Shown: piece by piece, positions 25,930-32,494 of the stretch
How positions within the stretch are numbered: position 1 is the first letter of the stretch
How the letters are laid out: every line of letters starts with the position of its first letter
Source of the DNA: Candidatus Krumholzibacteriota bacterium
GTDB lineage: Bacteria > Krumholzibacteriota > Krumholzibacteriia > LZORAL124-64-63
Length of the DNA stretch: 32,494 bases
Reading direction: 5' to 3'
NCBI GenBank assembly: GCA_039714075.1
Contig: JBDLKA010000033.1
Coordinates: forward strand, 1-32,494
Notes under the pieces: model-generated
What the model saw: the letters and a program-made list of their open reading frames with translations, nothing else
Told to the model about the DNA's origin: nothing
The model's database searches: none
Made by a program: the position numbers and the translations under genes

Positions 25930-27224
25930 GTGGCGAACACACTCCTGGCGTAGGTGACGGCATCGACCAGGGCGTCAATGTCGTCATGGGAATTGTACAT
26001 GGCGAAGGAGGCCCGGGTGGTGGCCGCGACACCCAATCGTTTGTGCAGGGGCTGGGCGCAATGATGCCCCGCCCGCACCGCGACGCCGCGGGCGTCGAGC
26101 AACTGGGCCATGTCATGGGCATGGACGGAGGGATCGTGGAAACTGATCAGTCCCCCGCGCGCGGAGGGATCAGCGGGCCCGTACAGGGTCAGGCCGCCCA
26201 GGCGGGACAACCGCTCCCAGGCGTAACCCGTCAGGGAAATTTCGTGGGTCCGCAATCTCTCCAGGGAAACCTCGTCGATCAGGTCGAGGGCCGGCGTGAA
26301 GGCCGCGGCGGCGCCCACGTTGGGCGTGCCCGCTTCCAGCCGGTGCGGCACCTCGGCCCAGGTGGCGTCAGCCATGGTCACGGTCTCGATCATCTCGCCC
26401 CCCGACTCCAGGGGATCAAGGTCCTCGAGGATTTCCCGGCGGCCCGCCAGAAAACCCAACCCCATGGGGCCGTATGTCTTATGGGCGGAGAAGGCCAAAA
26501 GATCAGCACCCAGGTCAGACAGCGATACGGGTAGATGTCCCACCGACTGGGCGGCATCCACGACCACCAGGGCGCCCCGTCGACGGGCCGCGGCGGCGAT
26601 TTCCGCCACCGGATTGATGGTGCCCAGGACATTGGAAACATGGGTCAGGGCCACCACCTTTGTCCGATTGTTCAGCAGTTCGCCCAGGCGGTCCAGATCC
26701 AGGAGCCCGCCCTCGGTCACGGGCAGGTACCGCAGGACAAGCCCTTCGCTCCGCGCAACCCGGATCCAGGGCACGAGATTGGCGTGATGCTCCATCCCCG
26801 TGACCAGGATTTCGTCTCCGGGCCGGAAGCGGTGGGCCAATCCGCGGGCCACGATATTAAGGGACGAAGTCGTCCCCCGCGTGATCACGACCTGACCCGA
26901 GCGATCGCTGCCCAGGAATCGCGCCACCCGGGCCCGGCATCCCTCGTAGAGATCCGTGGCCTCGGCCGCGAGGGTGTGCATGCCCCGGTGAACGTTGGCG
27001 TTGTGCTCCCGGTAATACCTGGCCTCGGCCGCGATCACCCCTTCTGGTTTCTGGGTGGTGGCCCCGTTGTCCAGATAGACGAGGGGCCGGTCGCCCATTT
27101 GGCGGCGCAGAATGGGGAACCTTTCGGGGCACAGGGGACCGCAGCGACTGCAGTCGCCCTCCTGGCCATCGCAGGGCTGGGTTCCGGCCGGCGCCGACAG
27201 GGCGAGGTCACGGGATTTGCTCAT
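25926..27224 (-). CDS. sufS: SufS group II cysteine desulfurase with a Cys-rich N-terminal extension
   Basis: YLDNGATTQKP, ANVHRG, PLP Lys in SAHKTYGP, and catalytic RAGHHCAQP. ATGA overlaps with sufD and sufU. Confidence 0.93.
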   Translation of the reverse strand: MSKSRDLALSAPAGTQPCDGQEGDCSRCGPLCPERFPILRRQMGDRPLVYLDNGATTQKPEGVIAAEARYYREHNANVHRGMHTLAAEATDLYEGCRARVARFLGSDRSGQVVITRGTTSSLNIVARGLAHRFRPGDEILVTGMEHHANLVPWIRVARSEGLVLRYLPVTEGGLLDLDRLGELLNNRTKVVALTHVSNVLGTINPVAEIAAAARRRGALVVVDAAQSVGHLPVSLSDLGADLLAFSAHKTYGPMGLGFLAGRREILEDLDPLESGGEMIETVTMADATWAEVPHRLEAGTPNVGAAAAFTPALDLIDEVSLERLRTHEISLTGYAWERLSRLGGLTLYGPADPSARGGLISFHDPSVHAHDMAQLLDARGVAVRAGHHCAQPLHKRLGVAATTRASFAMYNSHDDIDALVDAVTYARSVFAT

Positions 27225-28522
27225 GACTCCTCCCCCAACCGGACCAGGCGTCCGGTGACAAGTTCTTCGACACCGGGACGCAGGGCCTCGGGAATGCTCT
27301 GCAGGGTCTTCTCCAAAAATCCCCGCACCACCAGACGCAACGCCTGGCCGGGGTCCAGGCCCCGGCTTTCCAGGTAGAAGAGCTGGTCCTGGTCCACCGG
27401 CGCGACCGTGGCGCCGTGGCTGCAGCTGACCTCCTCGTTGAGGATCTCCAGTTCCGGAATGGCGTCGGCCCGGCTCTTTTCCGACAGCAGCAGGTTGCGG
27501 TTCACCTGATAGGCTTCGCTGACCCGCGCCTCCTCCTCGATCCGGATCAACCCGGTGTAACTGCTCCGGGAATGATCCGCCCCCACCGACTTGAAATCGA
27601 TGTCGCTCCAGGTCCGGCCCGCCAGATGGCGGTGCCGGGTGTGGTGGTCGAAGCGCTGATTTTCTCCACCCAGCGCCACGCCGACCATGCGGCTGCGGGC
27701 TCCCTCACCCTGCAGATCGGCATTCAGCTCCATCTTGACCCGCTCGCCGCCGAAGGTGGCGAACACCGACAAAAGTTCCGCGTCCCGTCCGACCCGGGAT
27801 TGGACCGTCAGGTGTCCGTTCGTTCCCGCTTGCCAGGTCTGAAGAACAACATGCCGCAACCGGGCCCCCGTACCGGCCACGAGATCACTGCGACCGACAA
27901 CCGCATTACCGGTGCCGCCGTCGACGTGCTGCTCGACCAGGGTGGCGGCCGACCCCGCGCCGGCGCGGAAGAGGATACGGGGCAGTACGGTCGGACCCCG
28001 GGCATGGATCCGGACCACGACCGGGCCGGGCAGAACCGCGCCCTCGGCGACGTCGATCTGCAGGCCGGCGTTCCAGGCCGCCGCGTTCAGATGGCGGAAT
28101 AATGCCGAGGGAACATCCTGGTCCTCCAGGGTTCCGGCGGCCATGGCGCCGTCCAGGGGCCCCACCGTCAATGAACCGTCGGCGACCCCGGCTCCCCCTT
28201 GGACAACCGGATGCCGGCCGGGCCACAAGTCCACCGTAGCTGCGGCCTCCACAACAGGGGGCAACTCGGCCGCGGCTACGTCCGAGCCTGTCAGGGCGGC
28301 CGCGGATAGATCAGCGGGCACCAGGTATTCCGGGTTGGTGAAACGCCACAGGTGCCGGGCCCGATCGGGGAAACCGGCCTGGGTATACCTGGCAAGGGCG
28401 GAACGACGCGCCGACCGGGCGGTCTCCACTTGCCCCAAACGCTCACAGAGCGCCTTCAGATCCCCGTCCGCAAGGGCGGACCCGACAGCGGCCAAGGTCG
28501 TTTCAGTGGTCAAATCAGCCAA
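27221..28522 (-). CDS. sufD: SufD Fe-S cluster assembly protein
   Basis: [29 protein letters not shown] and LFYLESRG. Lies between sufB and sufS. Confidence 0.9.
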   Translation of the reverse strand: MADLTTETTLAAVGSALADGDLKALCERLGQVETARSARRSALARYTQAGFPDRARHLWRFTNPEYLVPADLSAAALTGSDVAAAELPPVVEAAATVDLWPGRHPVVQGGAGVADGSLTVGPLDGAMAAGTLEDQDVPSALFRHLNAAAWNAGLQIDVAEGAVLPGPVVVRIHARGPTVLPRILFRAGAGSAATLVEQHVDGGTGNAVVGRSDLVAGTGARLRHVVLQTWQAGTNGHLTVQSRVGRDAELLSVFATFGGERVKMELNADLQGEGARSRMVGVALGGENQRFDHHTRHRHLAGRTWSDIDFKSVGADHSRSSYTGLIRIEEEARVSEAYQVNRNLLLSEKSRADAIPELEILNEEVSCSHGATVAPVDQDQLFYLESRGLDPGQALRLVVRGFLEKTLQSIPEALRPGVEELVTGRLVRLGEES

Positions 28523-29933
28523 CGGACCCCTCCATTTCCAGTTCGATCAGGCGATTGAGCTCGACCGCGTATTCCATGGGCAGTTCCTTGACGAAAGGTT
28601 CGATGAAACCGTTGACGATCATCATGCGCGCCTTGTCCTCGTCCAGACCGCGGCTCTGCAGATAGAACAACTGCTCCTCGGCCACCTTGGAAACGCGCGC
28701 TTCGTGTTCCACGCGCACATCCTGTTCGGCCACGTCCATGGTGGGATAGGTGTCGCTGCGGGCCCGCTCGCCGATGAGCAGGGCGTCGCATTCCACATTC
28801 GTCCGGCACCCGGTCGCGCCGCGGGCCACCTTGACCAGGCCGCGGTAACTGGAGCGCCCGTCATCCTTGCTGATGGATTTCGAAACGATGCGGCTGGTGG
28901 TGTTGGGAGCCGCGTGGGTCATCTTGGCGCCGGCGTCCTGGTGCTGGCCGTGGCCGGCAAAGGCGATCGACAACACCTCGCCGTGGGCCCGTTCGCCCTT
29001 CAGGACGATGGCCGGATACTTCATGGTCAGCTTGGAACCGATGTTGCCGTCCACCCACTCGACCACGGCGTCCTCATGGGCGTGGGCCCGCTTGGTGACA
29101 AGGTTGAAGACGTTGGTGGACCAGTTCTGGATGGTGGTGTAGCGGATGTGCGCTCCCTTGAGGGCCACCAGTTCCACCACCGCCGAGTGCAGGGAGTCGG
29201 AAGAGTAGGTCGGCGCGGTGCAACCTTCGATGTAGTGCACGCTGCTGCCCTCGTCGGCGATGATCAGCGTGCGTTCGAACTGACCCATGTTCTCGGCGTT
29301 GATGCGGAAGTAGGCCTGCAGAGGAATGTCCACCTTGGTGTTCGGCGGCACGTAGATGAACGACCCGCCGGACCAGACCGCCGTGTTCAGGGCCGAAAAC
29401 TTGTTGTCCCGGGTGGGGATGATCCTGCCGAAGAACTTCTTCACGATGTCCGGGTGCTCGCGCAGGCCCGAATCCATGTCCATGAACAGGACGCCCAGTT
29501 TTTCCAGGTCTTCCCTGATGGAATGGTAGACCACTTCCGATTCGTACTGGGCCGTCACCCCGGCCAGGAACTTGCGTTCGGCCTCGGGTACACCCAGACG
29601 GTCGAAAGTGTTCTTGATGTCCTCGGGCACGTCGTCCCAGTCGCGCGCCTGTTCGCCCTTGGGTTTGATGTAGTAGTGGATGTTGTCGAAATCGATTTCC
29701 CCGAGCAGGTCGCCGTTGCCCCAACCGGGCATGGGTTTGGCGAGAAAGATGTCCAGGGCCTCGTGGCGCATCGCGCGCATCCAGTCGGGCTCGTTCTTTT
29801 TCCGGGAGATCATCTCCACCACCTCGTGGTCGATCCCCTTGGGCGCCTTCAGCAGGTAATCCTCGGGATCATGGAACCCGTATTTCTCCGCGTAGTCCTG
29901 ATTGATTCCCGCCACTTTCTGCCTGGAGCTCAT
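28515..29933 (-). CDS. sufB: SufB Fe-S cluster scaffold
   Basis: [41 protein letters not shown] and ELPMEYAVE. Confidence 0.96.
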   Translation of the reverse strand: MSSRQKVAGINQDYAEKYGFHDPEDYLLKAPKGIDHEVVEMISRKKNEPDWMRAMRHEALDIFLAKPMPGWGNGDLLGEIDFDNIHYYIKPKGEQARDWDDVPEDIKNTFDRLGVPEAERKFLAGVTAQYESEVVYHSIREDLEKLGVLFMDMDSGLREHPDIVKKFFGRIIPTRDNKFSALNTAVWSGGSFIYVPPNTKVDIPLQAYFRINAENMGQFERTLIIADEGSSVHYIEGCTAPTYSSDSLHSAVVELVALKGAHIRYTTIQNWSTNVFNLVTKRAHAHEDAVVEWVDGNIGSKLTMKYPAIVLKGERAHGEVLSIAFAGHGQHQDAGAKMTHAAPNTTSRIVSKSISKDDGRSSYRGLVKVARGATGCRTNVECDALLIGERARSDTYPTMDVAEQDVRVEHEARVSKVAEEQLFYLQSRGLDEDKARMMIVNGFIEPFVKELPMEYAVELNRLIELEMEGSVG

Positions 29934-30715
29934 GAAGCACCCCCGGAACCGGCCGCACTGGATTCCAGCAGCCAGTCGTAGCCCCGGGTTTCCAGTTCAT
30001 GCGGAAGTTCGGAGCCGCCGGTGCGGACGATCCGGCCCTCCATGAAGACGTGGACGATGTCGGGCTTCACGTAGTCCAGAATCCGTTGGTAGTGGGTCAC
30101 CATCAACATGCCGTTTTCCGGACCGGTGGCCTGGTTGATGCCGGCTGAAACGACTTTGAGTGCGTCGATGTCCAGGCCGCTGTCGGTTTCGTCCAGCAGG
30201 GAGAAAACGGGCTGGAGCATGAGCATCTGGAGAATCTCCAGGCGCTTCTTTTCCCCACCGGAGAACCCGTCGTTCAGGTAGCGGGAAACGAAGCTGCGGT
30301 CGATGCCCAGTTCCTTGAAGGCGGCATCCATTTCCCGGCGGAATTCCCGCACCGGGATGTCGGCGCCCCGCCGGGCGGACAGCGCCGCGCGAAGGAAATT
30401 CGCCACCGAAACGCCCGGGACGGCCACGGGATACTGGAAGCTCATGAACAGCCCCTTGCGCGCCCTCTCATGGGGTTCCAGTTCGTCCACGCGCTCGCCG
30501 GCGAGCCAGATCTCCCCGGATACTTCGTAGCCGGGGTGGCCCATCAGGGCGGCGGCCAGGGTTGATTTCCCCGATCCGTTCGGCCCCATCAGGGCATGTT
30601 TCTCTCCCTTGCGGACCGTTAGATCCACGCCCTTGACCAGTTCCCTGGTCCCGTCATTGTCCTGCACCGAAACCTTCAGGTCGCGACAGGCGAAAACGAT
30701 ATCCTGGCTGTCCAT
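29930..30715 (-). CDS. sufC: SufC Fe-S assembly ABC ATPase
   Basis: [34 protein letters not shown] and THYQRIL. Start ATG 30715 or GTG 30730. Confidence 0.95.
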   Translation of the reverse strand: MDSQDIVFACRDLKVSVQDNDGTRELVKGVDLTVRKGEKHALMGPNGSGKSTLAAALMGHPGYEVSGEIWLAGERVDELEPHERARKGLFMSFQYPVAVPGVSVANFLRAALSARRGADIPVREFRREMDAAFKELGIDRSFVSRYLNDGFSGGEKKRLEILQMLMLQPVFSLLDETDSGLDIDALKVVSAGINQATGPENGMLMVTHYQRILDYVKPDIVHVFMEGRIVRTGGSELPHELETRGYDWLLESSAAGSGGAS

Positions 30716-30780
30716 TGCGGAGTTCTGCACTTCCCTACCCCTTGCGAAGACTGACCCGGCGCCCAAAATCCAACCGGTTC

Positions 30781-30803
30781 AACAAGACTGAATTACTATT
30801 GTT
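30781..30803. promoter_or_regulatory. Candidate Rrf2/IscR-type operator upstream of sufC
   Basis: AACAA-GACT-gaatt-ACTA-TTGTT: flanking inverted repeat with a GACT-N5 core resembling IscR type-1 sites, just downstream of the putative -10. Confidence 0.4.
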
Positions 30804-30812
30804 TACAACTAG

Positions 30813-30840
30813 AAGATAGATACATTACTTTTTTTATCAA
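30813..30840 (-). promoter_or_regulatory. Putative sigma70 promoter of the suf operon
   Basis: Minus strand TTGATA-16 nt-TATCTT in an AT-rich intergenic region. Confidence 0.5.
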
Positions 30841-31020
30841 GTATTTTTCCGCGTCGTCCCGAAACCCTTTTAACCCCTACCATTATTATCAATATTTCCC
30901 AAATCTAGGTGCCAATGTGGTATCATCCCAGGCTGGGGGAATATGAATTCAATGGATTTGCTCGAGGAAGTTTTTTGAGCTTATTATTGACCGGACAGCC
31001 GGGGGAGGGATTTTTCCCCA

Positions 31021-32494
31021 ATGCTTATCATCACACGTATGCCCCGGGTCGGAACCTTCCTGGTCCTGATGGTCGCACTCGCCACCGCCGACGCGTCCGC
31101 CCTCGTCTGGGATCATCTTGCCAGTAATGTCGGCGACCTCCCTTCGCCGGGCCCCGGTGACCAGCAGACCGGCTGCCATGTCCTGGACATCGATCAGGAC
31201 GGGCTGAATGATTTCGTCATCGCCGAGCGGACCCTGTCTCCGTCCATCGTCTGGTACCGGCGCCACGCCTCGGGTTGGGACCGCTATGTCATCGAGGACC
31301 TGGTCATGCCGATGGACGCCGGCGGGCACTTCGCCGACATCGACGGCGACGGGGATCTGGACATCTCCTTCGGCGGCGGATTCGACAGCAACGAGATCTG
31401 GTGGTGGGCCAATCCGGCACCCGTTTTTCATCCCGACTCGACCTGGACCCGCCGCCTCATAAAAAATACCGGCTCCAACAAGCACCACGACCAGCTGTTC
31501 GGCGATTTCGACCAGGACGCCAGGGAAGAACTCGTGTTCTGGAACCAGCTGGCCGGCGGCCAACTAATGATGGCCGAGATCCCGGCCGATCCCCTGCTTC
31601 CGGACCCCTGGGCTTTTGCCCCCATCTTCACCGGTGACCCGAATTCCGAAGGCCTGGCCGCGGCCGACGTGGACCTGGACGGCCATCCGGATATCGTCGG
31701 TGCCGGGTTCTGGCACGAGTTCGACGGCGCCGGAGGCTTCATCCCCCACGCCATCGCCCCGGACATGGCCTTTTCCCGCACCGCGGTCGGCCAGTTGATT
31801 CCCGGCGGCCGTCCCGAAGTTGTCTTCTGTCCCGGCGACGGCAGCGGTTCCTTGGCCTGGTATGAATGGCAGGACGGCGTCTGGACCGAAACCATCGCCC
31901 TGCCCCTGGTCGTCCACGGCCACTCTCTGCAGGTCGCCGACATCGACGCCGACGGCCTCCAGGATATCTTTGTCGCCGAAATGCATACCCCCGGGGCCGG
32001 CAGCGCGGCGCAGGTCCGCATTCTGTTCGGCGACGGGACCGGGAATTTCACCACCGAGACCTTGGCCACCGGGCTGGGCACCCACGAGGGCCGCGTGGCC
32101 GATCTGGATGGCGACGGCGACCTCGACATTCTCGGCAAGCCCTTTTCCGAGGCAGCTCCGAACATCAACGTCTGGCTGCAGGAAGGCGCGCCCGCCGCCC
32201 TGTGGAATTTCAGCGGCCAGATCCTGGATCCTTTTCCCCATCCGGAGCCGACCGGCCGGATCGATGACCTGCAGGTGGCCGACATCGACGGTGATTCGTG
32301 GCCCGATCTGTGGCTGCCCGGCAGCGCCGGCCAGGACACCCTCTATCAGATGCATTGGTACAAGGGGCCCTTCTGGCAGCGTTTCGCCATCAACCAGGGC
32401 AACTTCGGCCCGGGCGCCTGGTGCGACCTGGACGGGGACGGCGACCTGGACCTTGCCGTCGAGCGCACGTCCGGTACACCCACCGTGGTGTGGC
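31021..32494 (+). CDS. Secreted FG-GAP/VCBS-repeat beta-propeller protein, truncated by the window end
   Basis: Manual translation MLIITRMPRVGTFLVLMVALATADASA... with repeated Ca-binding motifs DIDQDGLND, DIDGDGDLD, DFDQDAREE, DVDLDGHPD, DIDADGLQD, DLDGDGDLD and DIDGDSWPD. GGAGG RBS. Missing from the ORF track because it has no stop. Confidence 0.88.
   Translation, partial: MLIITRMPRVGTFLVLMVALATADASALVWDHLASNVGDLPSPGPGDQQTGCHVLDIDQDGLNDFVIAERTLSPSIVWYRRHASGWDRYVIEDLVMPMDAGGHFADIDGDGDLDISFGGGFDSNEIWWWANPAPVFHPDSTWTRRLIKNTGSNKHHDQLFGDFDQDAREELVFWNQLAGGQLMMAEIPADPLLPDPWAFAPIFTGDPNSEGLAAADVDLDGHPDIVGAGFWHEFDGAGGFIPHAIAPDMAFSRTAVGQLIPGGRPEVVFCPGDGSGSLAWYEWQDGVWTETIALPLVVHGHSLQVADIDADGLQDIFVAEMHTPGAGSAAQVRILFGDGTGNFTTETLATGLGTHEGRVADLDGDGDLDILGKPFSEAAPNINVWLQEGAPAALWNFSGQILDPFPHPEPTGRIDDLQVADIDGDSWPDLWLPGSAGQDTLYQMHWYKGPFWQRFAINQGNFGPGAWCDLDGDGDLDLAVERTSGTPTVVW

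Overview
GC-rich bacterial chromosomal window with about 27 protein genes and no recognisable rRNA, tRNA, CRISPR array or mobile element. A C-terminal 'TWGxIK' motif on a secreted protein hints at a Krumholzibacteriota/Latescibacterota/Eisenbacteria-like lineage (inference only). From left to right it holds: a ClC-CBS-TrkA_C transporter, methyltransferase and polysaccharide deacetylase run; an M16 zinc peptidase; cupin, flavin reductase, EEP hydrolase and AAA_28 genes; a Na/Pi cotransporter with an extra N-terminal Ig-like domain; and a minus-strand cluster headed by a ~936-aa GT-C membrane enzyme. That enzyme's motifs match eukaryotic DPY19 tryptophan C-mannosyltransferases rather than STT3/PglB, and it is the most striking item here. 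Next come a Gly-rich 15-aa-repeat surface protein, an OTR-like octaheme cytochrome c, the ovothiol synthase OvoA, a TPR protein, and a convergent rpfF/rpfC-like (DSF quorum-sensing) pair whose kinase lacks the HPt domain. The window ends with a Cys-rich secreted protein, a sufCBDSUT operon whose SufS has a 4-Cys N-terminal extension, and a truncated FG-GAP/VCBS-repeat protein. Three sigma28-like promoters precede non-flagellar genes. All family calls come from motifs recognised by eye; no database search was run.
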